Positions 1 to 9,466 of a DNA stretch of 19,021 nt are shown piece after piece. Below the pieces are notes generated by a model. The model had not been told where the DNA came from. It saw only the letters and a program-made list of their open reading frames with translations, and searched no databases. This DNA is from a virus (taxonomy: Duplodnaviria > Heunggongvirae > Uroviricota > Caudoviricetes). Position 1 is the stretch's first letter; each line of letters starts with the position of its first letter. Position numbers and translations under genes: made by a program. The stretch lies in IMG/VR virus record IMGVR_UViG_2529292882_000013. One strand, written 5' to 3'.

Positions 1-357
1 GCATTCATTCGACTGGAAGATGTCGGCTGGGATCGTTCTCAGCGGCACAGCGACAGCCATCAGAAGCTGGTTTTCCATCTTCTGTTGCTGGTTGAAAATG
101 GTTTTATCAGCAACAGATATCTGGAAACAGGCACCGCAAAAAGCATTGGTCTCACCCCAACAAGCCTCGGATATTCATATTCAGGCACCAGTGTCAGACT
201 TACACAAGATGGTCATGATTTTGCGAAAGCACTACATCAAAAACCCATTCTTGAGCGCATAAAACAAGACCTTGCCGACGCCCCGATGACGCTCGTAACA
301 GACGTCGGCAAACAGTGGTTAACCTCGTTTCTTAAAAAGAAACTCGGGATTGAATAG
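1..357 (+). CDS. 5'-partial ORF of unknown function, open from window start to stop at 355-357; opposite orientation to the Mu-like early operon
   Basis: Frame 1 is open from nt 1 to 357 (about 118 codons) and the minus strand has no comparable ORF over 1..318. No recognisable motif. Overlaps the 3' end of the minus-strand gene 319..630 by about 40 nt. Confidence 0.3.
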   Translation, partial: AFIRLEDVGWDRSQRHSDSHQKLVFHLLLLVENGFISNRYLETGTAKSIGLTPTSLGYSYSGTSVRLTQDGHDFAKALHQKPILERIKQDLADAPMTLVTDVGKQWLTSFLKKKLGIE

Positions 358-630
358 TTCCCGGTTCATACGTTGCAGCACATCAAGGGCGGCGACAGCC
401 GCCACTTTATCGTTACCATCAGCAATAGTGCGGAGATTTTCAATAATCCAGTGAGGACTCAGTGACTCAGCAATAATGCCAAAACGGTACGCCATGACTT
501 CATCAATAGCTTTTTCATGAGACGGCTCATATACAAAATTCACAAAGTCATGCACTTCTTTTTTCGGCAAACCACCGGCAATCAGCAGGGCGGCAAGCTC
601 TTCTGATTTTGAAAATACACCATTATTCAT
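319..630 (-). CDS. Mu-like early-region small protein (hypothetical)
   Basis: ORF 319..645; the ATG at 630 sits 1 nt after the upstream stop (TGAtATG) and is preceded by AAGGTGAG, so the 104-aa form starting MNNGVF is preferred over the GTG at 645. Part of a tightly packed minus-strand operon. Confidence 0.5.
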   Translation of the reverse strand: MNNGVFSKSEELAALLIAGGLPKKEVHDFVNFVYEPSHEKAIDEVMAYRFGIIAESLSPHWIIENLRTIADGNDKVAAVAALDVLQRMNRELFNPEFLFKKRG

Positions 631-631
631 A

Positions 632-814
632 TCACTCACCTTCACAATTCATGCACGCCGTGTCATCGCCCATATCGCAGTGGTTGCATTTCTGCCCGCC
701 ACAATGAGGGCACTCTTTCAGATATTCAGGAGATTCATTACCGCAGGTCGGGCATTCCTGTTTCACCGTGGTAAATTTCCCCAGCCACGAATACGATGTT
801 TCATTGTTTTCCAT
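632..814 (-). CDS. Small Cys-rich zinc-ribbon protein (CPTCG...CPHCG...CNHC...CMNC), Mu-like early region
   Basis: 60-aa ORF with four CxxC-like pairs; operon context with overlapping neighbours. Confidence 0.5.
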   Translation of the reverse strand: MENNETSYSWLGKFTTVKQECPTCGNESPEYLKECPHCGGQKCNHCDMGDDTACMNCEGE

Positions 815-1331
815 TGTTTACCTCCGCCTGTTTTTGCGCCCGGATAAATTCGTCAGAAAGGATTTCAGTCATGCGGCCTTGTGCGGGTGTCATCCCCGTC
901 ATGACGTAAATCACATCACCAACACGGAACCACTGGAGCAGCCCGAATATTGTTGCGCTGAAATCCAGTCCCAGTGCGGGTAAAAGAGCGTCTGTGCGGG
1001 CGTAAGTGACCGGAATATTCTCCTGCCATATTTTCGCCAGCTCTCTTGCCTGCTCCCTGAGATGAGCAGGTATCCGTGAAGTTCTGGGCCTGCAACTGTT
1101 ACCTGATGCGGGCCGTTGTACGGTCCACAGCTCCCGCGAGAAGGGGCGCTCATTCCCCGGAAAATTCACGCCATGAAAATGACGCCCACCAATACCTGTG
1201 CTGAATACTGACCGGCAACCACAGCCCAGAACCTTATCAAGATGGCGGGCTTCTTCGCGTAGTTTCAGGCAGTCCGCCATAAACTGGTCCCATGCCAGCA
1301 GTGCTGCGGAATTTGACGTTTTAAAAAACAT
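801..1331 (-). CDS. Mu-like early-region protein (hypothetical)
   Basis: ORF 801..1370; the internal ATG at 1331 overlaps the upstream stop as TGATG, giving a 177-aa product starting MFFKTSN. Confidence 0.45.
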   Translation of the reverse strand: MFFKTSNSAALLAWDQFMADCLKLREEARHLDKVLGCGCRSVFSTGIGGRHFHGVNFPGNERPFSRELWTVQRPASGNSCRPRTSRIPAHLREQARELAKIWQENIPVTYARTDALLPALGLDFSATIFGLLQWFRVGDVIYVMTGMTPAQGRMTEILSDEFIRAQKQAEVNNGKQ

Positions 1332-1861
1332 CACGCCACCTCCTGCACCGCTGCGGGAACCGGAGAACAATCAAGAATGAGATAACGCAGTACATGGTCG
1401 GTGATATTCCAGGCGCTTGAACTGCAAATAAAACGCCCCAGCCGGATATCGATATAAGCCATCACAAAACGGGGCATACCCTGTTCGCACATTCTGTTGT
1501 CCACTTCTGCAACGATGTGAACGGATTCACAGGTCAGCACGCCCGTCGCAAACTCTTTTGCCAGCGCGGGGATGGTATTACCTTCCACCCAGGGTAATGA
1601 GCGACGCCAGTTGCACCACACCGCATCATCAACAGCAGGCTGCTCAGTTGCGTTTCGTCTTACAGGCGGCGTCGGACGCGGGCGCGGAACGTCATAAAAT
1701 CCGTTGCATTCGGTGAGCACTCCGGCATCAACCGCATCACGCAGGAAATACACCATTGACGAGGGCAGCATATTCATTTTTTCAGCCAGAACTCCGCAGG
1801 TCAGGCGTCCGTAAGCCCGTAATAATGTGCTGACACCATTCAGAATTTTTGCATCAACCAT
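1331..1861 (-). CDS. Mu-like early-region protein (hypothetical, 176 aa)
   Basis: Long ORF in the operon; AT-rich intergenic region upstream (1862..1959). Confidence 0.5.
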   Translation of the reverse strand: MVDAKILNGVSTLLRAYGRLTCGVLAEKMNMLPSSMVYFLRDAVDAGVLTECNGFYDVPRPRPTPPVRRNATEQPAVDDAVWCNWRRSLPWVEGNTIPALAKEFATGVLTCESVHIVAEVDNRMCEQGMPRFVMAYIDIRLGRFICSSSAWNITDHVLRYLILDCSPVPAAVQEVA

Positions 1862-1959
1862 GTTTTATTCCTCAGTAATCTGTTTCAGGCGCGAGCAATC
1901 CCCTGACGCATCGCGCCATAATTAAAAGAATGTGAATTAATTAAATATTAATGGTGGTA

Positions 1960-2484
1960 TTAAATACCGGCTTCCTGTTCAAATGGAATAATGGAAAAAT
2001 CTTCAATTCCCGATTTAACCGTAATTCCGGCAACACCTGCGACGGCTTTTGGTTCCAGTAAAATCGCCTCCTTGTTGATTTCCTGCTTCGTGCGAATAAA
2101 GCGTTGCAGGCCAAGGCGCTCCAGCGTTTCCATCACTGCATCCATACCACGAATACTTACTGATGGTGGACGGACCCGCCACGATACATCACCGGTGACA
2201 AGATTCGCCGTCTTCACTTTGCCGCCGTTCGTCAGTTCGTCGCGGTTCGCTTCACACCATCCCTGAACGCCTTTTGAAAGGGTTTCAATATCGGTTTTAA
2301 GCGGTGCAATCCGGGCCGCAAATTTCTCCGTAATTTCCGCGATGGCATCATTCATTTCTGTTTCCAGACGTGATGCTTCGCGCTGTAAATCCCCGATGCG
2401 TTTAATATCGGTAATCACCGCATCGCGGTTTTGTGGCACATAAGCCGCTGCGGCACTTTTGATACGTTTTGCTGGTTTAGCCAT
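1960..2484 (-). CDS. gam: Host-nuclease inhibitor Gam (Mu Gam family, DNA-end binding)
   Basis: 174 aa, the length of Mu Gam; the sequence (MAKPAKRIKSAAAAYVPQNRDAVITDIKRIGDLQREASRLE...) matches the Mu Gam family as I recall it; correct position in a Mu-like early region. Confidence 0.8.
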   Translation of the reverse strand: MAKPAKRIKSAAAAYVPQNRDAVITDIKRIGDLQREASRLETEMNDAIAEITEKFAARIAPLKTDIETLSKGVQGWCEANRDELTNGGKVKTANLVTGDVSWRVRPPSVSIRGMDAVMETLERLGLQRFIRTKQEINKEAILLEPKAVAGVAGITVKSGIEDFSIIPFEQEAGI

Positions 2485-2503
2485 AAATTAAAGCTCCTGT
2501 TAA

Positions 2504-2803
2504 TTAATATCCGCTGTATACAATGCTGGATACAGCTCGATTGCTTAATTCCATCTTTCGGGCAATGACATGAATATCCAGCCCTTCTTTATAAAGTTCA
2601 CGACATAAATATTTGTCGTGTTCACTGATTCGGTATACACACAATGATATTCCGTGCCTTCTGGCATGTGCCCGGAGGGCGGTTGTGGCGACTTTCAGTT
2701 TTTCCGCCATTTCTTCAACGGTCATTTTCCCGACGTTGGCTTCGATAAATTCCCGGTCTTCGCGTGACCAGCGCTTACGATGACACTTCATGTCAGCCAC
2801 CAT
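2504..2803 (-). CDS. Small basic protein, possible DNA-binding (Mu-like early region)
   Basis: 99-aa ORF; stop abuts the start of the next gene. Confidence 0.5.
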   Translation of the reverse strand: MVADMKCHRKRWSREDREFIEANVGKMTVEEMAEKLKVATTALRAHARRHGISLCVYRISEHDKYLCRELYKEGLDIHVIARKMELSNRAVSSIVYSGY

Positions 2804-3223
2804 TCAGTACAGCAGAGGCTCACGCAGCGATGCCGGAATATGCCGCAGCGATAACTGAACCGCTTTCAGGGCAAGCGAGGAATAACAGCAGCGCGCCCAG
2901 CCTTTTGCCATTAACCGGTAATCGCGCCAGATACGCTGCCACATTTCACGGGCTTCAGGGTCTGATGCGCAGATGTATTCCCGGTCCATGACGTACTCCC
3001 ATAAATCCACGTTGAACGCACCGCCAAATGCAATGGCGCGGGATATACTTTCGCCGCAATAACGCGCACAGATGCTGTAATGGTCGAAAGCAATCAGGTA
3101 AGTCTTTTCACCACAACCATCAACTTTCCGGGCGCAAATAAACTCGCGTAATTCACCACCGTTGTTATTGCGTTCCTGAATTCGGATTAATGCCTGAATT
3201 TCATTTCGGATTTTGACGTTCAT
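2804..3223 (-). CDS. Mu-like early-region protein (hypothetical, 139 aa)
   Basis: ORF contiguous with neighbours in the same orientation. Confidence 0.5.
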   Translation of the reverse strand: MNVKIRNEIQALIRIQERNNNGGELREFICARKVDGCGEKTYLIAFDHYSICARYCGESISRAIAFGGAFNVDLWEYVMDREYICASDPEAREMWQRIWRDYRLMAKGWARCCYSSLALKAVQLSLRHIPASLREPLLY

Positions 3224-3243
3224 TGTCAGCGTTCCTTTGTGAA

Positions 3244-3519
3244 TTAATGTCTGGCTGCATTTGGGTTATAGCTGAATAGTTCCCCCTCAGCTTCCAGCCC
3301 AAGCTCCCTGGCTGATTTCAACAACTCCTCGGTCGCTTTTTTAATGATTTCAGGAGCCATGCTCTTGATGATGCCTGCCATTACATCATGTGGCCCGGTC
3401 TGGTCCTCAGGTGAGGATTCTTCCAGTCGCACATTCATATTTACGGCAAAACCTCCATTTTCCTGAAACTCAATATTTTCTGTATTGTTAAATTCAAAGA
3501 TTACTTTTGCCATTTTCAT
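3244..3519 (-). CDS. Mu-like early-region acidic small protein (hypothetical)
   Basis: ORF 3244..3651 overlaps the upstream gene in another frame; the internal start ATGAAAATG at 3519, preceded by GCAGGAA immediately after the upstream TAA, gives about 92 aa (MKMAKVIFEF...). Confidence 0.45.
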   Translation of the reverse strand: MKMAKVIFEFNNTENIEFQENGGFAVNMNVRLEESSPEDQTGPHDVMAGIIKSMAPEIIKKATEELLKSARELGLEAEGELFSYNPNAARH

Positions 3520-3526
3520 TTCCTGC

Positions 3527-3739
3527 TTATTGATTAACGGGCGTTGCATTTGTGATTTCGTTAAGTTCACAAAACACATTTTCTGCGTGATGATGGTTGC
3601 CGACATGAACAGCCAGTCTTCGACCATCAACAAATTCAAAAATAACATCACCGTTAACAGTTGATTCCATCACATTGACATTATCAAGGTTAATTAACCG
3701 ACCAATTCCCAGACTATCGTGAATATTTATCACCATCAT
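3527..3739 (-). CDS. Mu-like early-region small protein (hypothetical, 70 aa)
   Basis: ORF in operon; stop directly precedes the RBS of the next gene. Confidence 0.45.
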   Translation of the reverse strand: MMVINIHDSLGIGRLINLDNVNVMESTVNGDVIFEFVDGRRLAVHVGNHHHAENVFCELNEITNATPVNQ

Positions 3740-3746
3740 TTAAATG

Positions 3747-3974
3747 CTATCTCCAGATTATCTGACAACCATTCAGGCGGGCCGTCCATACTGAACGGGC
3801 AACCCCTGATTTATGCTCCATAATTCTGACGGCGTTCCTGACCAGTTCCGGTGGTGGGCAGGTAATTTCAAGAATCGGGCGTGCAACACCGAGATATGAT
3901 TCATTAACGTAGCTGCCGCGCGCCTGTAACCAGGTCTTTACTTCAGTCGCCATTTTGATATTCCGTGACATCAT
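3747..3974 (-). CDS. kil: Kil-like small protein (position equivalent to Mu kil, immediately downstream of B)
   Basis: Reverse strand reads TAA-GGAGAG-aaaaatc-ATGATG directly after the B stop; about 75 aa from this start ([15 protein letters not shown]...). Assigned by position and size, not by sequence recall. Confidence 0.5.
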   Translation of the reverse strand: MMSRNIKMATEVKTWLQARGSYVNESYLGVARPILEITCPPPELVRNAVRIMEHKSGVARSVWTARLNGCQIIWR

Positions 3975-3987
3975 GATTTTTCTCTCC

Positions 3988-4926
3988 TTACGTACGCAGC
4001 AGGGTTGAAATATCAACATCCAGGTCTAATTCACGGAAAGCCTGACGCAGATAATCTTCATTAACACGTTCACCTTTGCCGTGGGCCGTCATGGCAGCAA
4101 GGCGCAGCGAGTGGTTCAGGATACGAAGTGCACCTGGCTTTTGCGCAATCTGCTGTAATAATTCCCGCTCGTTTTCGCCGGTAATTTGCCAGGCATCCGC
4201 AATGGCCTTTACATCATCAATTTTGGTTTTATTGATTGCCGTCCGTTTTGCAATACGGGAAAACAGGCGGGCAAATTCAACCGTTCTGTTTCCGCCGGTC
4301 ATATTTGAATAAACGCGGTGATTCCCCATCAGAACAAGACCAATACGGGCGGATTCCTGTAACAGGCGGAGTTCTTCCAGAACTTCTGCGCCAAGATGAT
4401 CAGCTTCGTCGATAATGACCAGCCCCTGTGTACCTTCGAGACGGCGTCTCAAAGCGCGGGAGAGTGGCCCTTTACGACGCGGTGCGTCATTCATTCCCAG
4501 TTCATAAGCCAGTTCAGTCAGGCATTCCAGAACACTGGCGCAGGATGGGGTAATGGTGATCATCCAGACATTGTTATTGGTGCGACGAAATTCGCGGGCT
4601 GCTTCAGTTTTTCCCACACCTGGATTACCGCAGATAACGGAAATACTTTCAGTCAGGCTGGCAAAGCGCATACTCGTCCAGATTTGACGTGCTGTTCTGG
4701 TTTCCACAAAACGAGGGGGTTCTGGCAGTTCTGCGGCGCGGTGATAGTTCTCCAGCCAGCGTTCCAGCGTCTGCGCAACACGCTCATTATCGCCGTTGTA
4801 CTTGTTATTCACGAACGCGCTTAACGTTCCTGCGGCAACTCCAGATTCGCGGGCGATTTGCGCATAAGTTGTTTTTTCGCTTTCTACAAGCGTGCGCAGT
4901 CCTGCGCGAATATCAGAAATATTCAT
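3988..4926 (-). CDS. B: Mu B-type transposition ATPase / target DNA activator
   Basis: 312 aa, starts [15 protein letters not shown]; Walker A-like GNPGVGKT and Walker B-like [10 protein letters not shown]; lies immediately downstream of the transposase as in Mu. Confidence 0.9.
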   Translation of the reverse strand: MNISDIRAGLRTLVESEKTTYAQIARESGVAAGTLSAFVNNKYNGDNERVAQTLERWLENYHRAAELPEPPRFVETRTARQIWTSMRFASLTESISVICGNPGVGKTEAAREFRRTNNNVWMITITPSCASVLECLTELAYELGMNDAPRRKGPLSRALRRRLEGTQGLVIIDEADHLGAEVLEELRLLQESARIGLVLMGNHRVYSNMTGGNRTVEFARLFSRIAKRTAINKTKIDDVKAIADAWQITGENERELLQQIAQKPGALRILNHSLRLAAMTAHGKGERVNEDYLRQAFRELDLDVDISTLLRT

Positions 4927-4963
4927 CTGAATAACCTCGTAATAAATTTTGTTTAAACGTTAA

Positions 4964-6952
4964 TTAAATGGCTTTTTTACGTCTGTTCTGTTCCAGAATA
5001 TCCAGCGAGTGATTCAGATATTCATCACGATCAGTTTCATATTCATCATCGGTTTCCTGGTATTTCACCTGCACCGTGTTACCGGAAGGCCGGAAAATAC
5101 CAACAACCCTTGATTCTGGTGCTGCTGGTTCGGCTATCTGCGGCAGCAGTTCAGCAACTTCCAGCGCGTCCATTTGTTTCTGCGCCTTAATGGCTGCTTT
5201 AGTTGCAGATTTCAGTTGTTTCTGGCGTCGACGATACTCACGGCCTGCCGCAGCATCATTAAATGCAACTGGTGCCAGACATTCCGCTTCACAGATAAAC
5301 CGACCGTCCAGGGTGTAGCAATAAACCGTGCTGTGTAGCTGCTGTGGATCAAACCTGACCACAACTTTTTTCACTCCGGCATTCATTAATGCCATGTTGT
5401 AATAAACGTTTTTCGCGCCTTTAAGGGAGCCGCCAACTTTAAGCGTAAACTCGCCTTTGCGTGAAACGTTCACCGCCTCAGCAGGCAGTAACAGCATCCG
5501 TTTTTGTTCTTCGGTTGGTTTACGCACAACCGTTCTGGCGTATTCACGCTCGAAAACATCATCAAACGAGAGTTTACCCCCGCACATTTCTGTTTCACGA
5601 CCTGTTCTGGCATTGAACATCGCCACACCTTCGGCAAGGGTTTTCAGAAACAGCTCTGCATCAACAGCACGGTCGCCATAGTTATCAGGTTTTGCCTGCG
5701 GATTTGGCCCCGTATATGCGCCAGCCAGTGCCGGATGCTTATCAACGTATTCCTCAAGCCCACCAACACCGAAAGCACGTTCAACAGGTTTTGCCTGGCC
5801 CCAGCCTTTACCGGCAACAACGCTTGTCCAGTGCATTTTCGCGCCCATCAGTAAAAACAGTCCCTTTGGATCATCCTCTTTCACCTTAAAGCGGTAACGA
5901 TTGGGCGCGCCCCCCGTCAGCCATTTATTCGCTGCACCACGGGTGTTATCAATGGTGATGTGAAAATCCTCCGGGATGCCGTAGCGTGTCACCACATCCA
6001 TAAACGAGAGGCGAATTGAATCGATGTTCTCGCTTACATCGCAGCGCCAGCCCAGAATTTTTCGGGTTTTCACATCCTGCCAGAACCATGTTTTCGGGCG
6101 GATCACATCGCCGTTAAACCAGCGTACAAAGACGTTATGCAGATAACCGTCGCCGTTGATCCACTGCATGGCATCCAGGTGTTCCACAGTTCGTTGCTGT
6201 GCCGGTATCAGATGCATCAGTGCATGTTCACCTTCACGGCAGGCAACAACCATTGCCTCATCCAGTTGCTGAATCCGGCGAAAGGCCGTGGCACGGGAGG
6301 GAATACTCCAGCCATGCTCGCGGGCTGCCAGCTCCAGACGCTCATAACATTTGCGGAAGGCGGGCTTTTCCGGTCGCAGATAATCTGCAATCAGAAACTG
6401 CCAGGCATCCTCGTCAAATTCACTTTTGTGAACATTGCGACGGGATGCACCACGTCCATCAACAAGTGCAGCCGCCCAGTCAGGCTTCGCAAACTTCTGT
6501 ACCTGATAATACTTGTCCCGCAAAGTGGAGGCGCTGACCTGGTAATGCCCTGCAACGGTCGCAAAAGCCGTTTTTGTTGAAATCCCCTGGTTCAGCATTT
6601 CGTCTGCAGCCTGAACCGCAGGCAACCATTTTTCAGCAAGTCTGCGCTGGGAATCGCTGGCGTTATCCCATTTGCTCCACAGCACCTCACGATCATAATC
6701 ATGAGCTTCCAGCGTAGGGCGGGCGATTTCAAAATACCCCTGGCTTGTTTCAATTCTCCCTTGTTGCAACAGAATTTCAGCACGTAATGCGACAGGGAAT
6801 GATTTGATATTGAATTCAAATGATACACCTTTAGTTCCTGCAACCTGCCTGAACTCCCAACCTTCTCTTTGTGCCTTACGTGTAATGTTAGTGGCTTGCT
6901 TTGGTAAACCTGCCAAACCGAGCAACTCTTTTGCTGTATACCATTCTTTCAT
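4964..6952 (-). CDS. A: Mu-family DDE transposase A (MuA)
   Basis: 662 aa; sequence strongly reminiscent of MuA through the catalytic core and the C-terminus (...[13 protein letters not shown]); ner-A-B gene order. Confidence 0.92.
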
Positions 6953-6959
6953 AGCGCAC

Positions 6960-7181
6960 CTAGTATCGAGACGGCCAAATATCTTGTGGTGTCATTCCCA
7001 GTGCATCTGCAATGATTTTCTCCGCTTTCGGATATCTCTTATCCAAAGCATTTTTTAATGTTGAAGACGAAAGATGATTAGATCTTCCCAATTCAGCTAG
7101 TGACATATTGCGTTTTCGTAGCTCTGCAACGATGTCAGCTCTGTGCCAATCTTGGCGGTTAGTTCTTTTATTCATATGCAT
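6960..7181 (-). CDS. ner: Ner-like DNA-binding regulator (73 aa, D108-like length)
   Basis: Ner-family signature [14 protein letters not shown]...IWPSRY; located between A and the divergent repressor gene. Confidence 0.85.
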
Positions 7182-7366
7182 TTCGTGTAATCCTTTCAGA
7201 TTCCCCCGTGAGCTACGCTATAAAGTAGCTCACGGCATATCGTGCAATGTAGTGTGGAATCATTTTTAAATCAATAGTGATTTGAAAGGATTTACCATGA
7301 TTTCACATAACAGCATGATTTTTATATGAATTTATTTTCACTCTATTGAAATCACTAGGATTTTAA
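7182..7366. promoter_or_regulatory. Divergent early-promoter/operator region between ner and c
   Basis: Intergenic between divergent genes; 11-bp perfect inverted repeat ccgtgagctac/gtagctcacgg (7206..7235) and inverted tagtgattt-containing elements at about 7271..7288 and 7340..7358. Confidence 0.5.
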
Positions 7367-7891
7367 ATGATGTCTTTTGAAATCAAAGAATGGTTTAATG
7401 CGAAAGAGCTGGAAGGGATGCCTGGTGTACCAAAGTTGGCGACTAACATTACCAGGAAAGCTGTGGCGGAAGATTGGGTAAAACGTCAGCGTCACGGTGG
7501 GAAAGGTGTCGCTTATGAGTATCACATCAACAGTCTGCCAGAAGAAACACGTAGGGCCATTAAAGGAGCCTCACTTTCTGATAAACCAGTGCATACATCA
7601 ATCGCCCATACAGTTGATGAGAGGCTAATTTATGCAATGAGCTTCTTAACACCGGATGAGCAGGCCGCAGCTGTGGAGATCATTCGTGTAGCAGGGATTA
7701 AAGGACTTATGCCTACAATTGTCAGTAAAGATAAGGCATTAGAGGCATTAGGGATTACTGTGGAGCAACAGAAAACCCTGCAAACTCTTCAGGCATTACC
7801 ACCGGAAAAAGTAAGAGAGATTTTGTCTCAGTATGAAGGCAAAGAACATAATTTCCCTGCAAGAGAAAACGATGTAAAGAAAGCCGTATAA
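7367..7891 (+). CDS. c: Mu/D108-type repressor c
   Basis: 174-aa ORF divergent from ner and pointing toward the prophage terminus. Its N-terminus resembles the N-terminal DNA-binding domain of the transposase ([10 protein letters not shown]... vs MMSFEIKEWFNAKEL...), as known for Mu repressor and MuA. Confidence 0.8.
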   Translation: MMSFEIKEWFNAKELEGMPGVPKLATNITRKAVAEDWVKRQRHGGKGVAYEYHINSLPEETRRAIKGASLSDKPVHTSIAHTVDERLIYAMSFLTPDEQAAAVEIIRVAGIKGLMPTIVSKDKALEALGITVEQQKTLQTLQALPPEKVREILSQYEGKEHNFPARENDVKKAV

Positions 7892-8230
7892 CAACCAGGT
7901 AATAGCTAAGACATAAACTTCACTCCAGGTAATTACATATGTAAGATACCCAAACAGTGATGATTGTTTTTGACACACATCACTTGCTGAAAACCTGGTT
8001 GTTACCGTTTTTGAAGCATTTTTGAAGCTGTACTTGAAATGATGCGTGAAGTAATTGCTTTTCGTGTCTTTAATGAATCAAAAGCTGTTTCCAATAATCT
8101 TTCGCGTTTCAAGATGTAACGGCTAAAATCTGTCCTACAGGCTTGCAAGCCCCACTAAATCTAATCCCGCCAAATCCCGAATAATCCAATGTCCTCCCGG
8201 TTTTTTTCGTACTTCAAGTGAATCAATACA
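7892..8230 (-). mobile_element. Mu-type left end (attL) with terminal ...TTCAAGTGAATCAATACA ending at 8230 and internal MuA-binding-site-like repeats
   Basis: 8195..8230 is cctcccggtttttttcgtacttcaagtgaatcaataca, the reverse complement of the canonical Mu left terminus TGTATTGATTCACTTGAAGTACGAAAAAAACCGGG; additional tttcg-containing site-like elements at about 8055..8085 and 8096..8122. Confidence 0.85.
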
Positions 8231-8231
8231 T

Positions 8232-9383
8232 GTGGGAAAGGAACTGGATGATATCTGCACCAGCTGTCCGTATATCGATGCTGTAAAACGGCACAAACAA
8301 CAGCTCGGTGCCATAGAGGAATATACACAGTGGTTAAAAAAAGAACCACGGGCATCTTATTTTTTTCTGTTCCAGCTGTATACCCGCATTCACAATACAT
8401 TTTTCTCCCAAAAGCAACAACTCCCGTTCACTCCCGGTGGCACTCACTGCCCGGAACCTGATGTCACCCTTCGGGACTTAACGCTTTCCCCTGGCTACCA
8501 CAGTGATTATGCCCCTCAACCCATTCCGGAGATGGACAGTTCTGCTGTTGTTCCACCAACTAATGAAAACACCTCGCCTCCGGAAGATACTCCCGACAAC
8601 ACTCCGGCCGGAGGCAATACCGGACAAGCGGAAAAGACCAGAAACGCAGGACTCACACCCATTCCTGAAAAACGTTCAGGAATGCCCCCGGAACATCTGC
8701 GGTTTGCCACGGGGTTTCCATCGCAACCGAAGATTGCCGGTCCCAGAGAAAAGCCGATGCGCACCGTGCATCCGGATAAAATCTACCGTGAAATTATATG
8801 GTTCTGCTCCAGTTACCTGCTGAAATCCGGACCAGAGGCTACGAGGACGATTATCAACTCAGTATTCTCTGAATGGGCCAGCATAAACAATGATTACCCC
8901 TCCCCCTTTTCGTGGGTGGACAGCAGGGACAGTGAACAGTGTGACTGGTTATGGAACGCCATGCAGGTCCGGTGTGTGGGAACCCCGCTGAATCCCCTTA
9001 CCCCGGAGCAGAAATACTGGTTTGCCTGCGCCACGTTTGATAACTGGGAGGGCTGGAATGAGCAACAGGTACAGTTTTTACTGGAAAGTAATCCCAGACG
9101 GAACAGAGCGAAGTTTACGCAGGTCTCCTTCCAGGCCCCCAGGATTCAGCATAAAGCGATTCTTCTTGATGAGCTGAAAAGTGCCCGGGAGCAACAAAAA
9201 AGGCGTGATGAACGTGCTGATGGTTCCGTCCCTCTGAAACTGTCCGGAAAAATCCACAAACAGCTTGAAAGTATTGCCCGAAGTCGTGGTGTCCTCCCAA
9301 AAAAACTGCTGAATGAAATGATTGAGCAGGCGTACCATGATTTGGTGGCAACCAGGCAGAACAGCCAAATCGATTCCAGATAA
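8232..9383 (+). CDS. Hypothetical island protein with Pro/Thr/Asn-rich low-complexity segment; frame is open right up to the Mu terminus, so probably a 3' fragment of a gene split by the prophage (alternative internal start ATG 8532)
   Basis: 383-codon open frame beginning 2 nt after the Mu end; the first 100 codons are too long to be open by chance; no good RBS at either 8232 or 8532. Confidence 0.45.
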   Translation: MGKELDDICTSCPYIDAVKRHKQQLGAIEEYTQWLKKEPRASYFFLFQLYTRIHNTFFSQKQQLPFTPGGTHCPEPDVTLRDLTLSPGYHSDYAPQPIPEMDSSAVVPPTNENTSPPEDTPDNTPAGGNTGQAEKTRNAGLTPIPEKRSGMPPEHLRFATGFPSQPKIAGPREKPMRTVHPDKIYREIIWFCSSYLLKSGPEATRTIINSVFSEWASINNDYPSPFSWVDSRDSEQCDWLWNAMQVRCVGTPLNPLTPEQKYWFACATFDNWEGWNEQQVQFLLESNPRRNRAKFTQVSFQAPRIQHKAILLDELKSAREQQKRRDERADGSVPLKLSGKIHKQLESIARSRGVLPKKLLNEMIEQAYHDLVATRQNSQIDSR

Positions 9384-9410
9384 TTTCAGACAGATATTAT
9401 TTCCGTGAAT

Positions 9411-9450
9411 CCCCCGCCACCTTTCCGGTGCGAGGGGTTTTGTCTTTTTT
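9411..9450 (+). terminator. Probable intrinsic terminator downstream of 8232..9383
   Basis: GC-rich imperfect hairpin (ccccgccacc...ggtgcgagggg) followed by ttttgtctttttt. Confidence 0.4.
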
Positions 9451-9466
9451 CACCGGGAATACATGT

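Larger units (their letters stand above)
1..8230 (-). mobile_element. Mu/D108-like transposable prophage, left-end early region (continues beyond window start)
   Basis: Complete c-ner-A-B-kil...gam gene order plus a Mu terminus; 73-aa ner and 174-aa c point to a D108-like variant. Confidence 0.85.

Noticed and set aside
20-262. 80-aa plus-strand ORF
   Set aside because: Lies in an alternative frame inside the longer open frame 1..357; no independent support.
5076-6580. Several plus-strand ORFs inside the transposase region (for example 5504..5854, 6137..6580, 6199..6537)
   Set aside because: Antisense to the well-supported MuA gene.
8161-8400. 79-aa minus-strand ORF
   Set aside because: Spans the prophage terminus and junction; it has no RBS and crosses a boundary between unrelated sequences.
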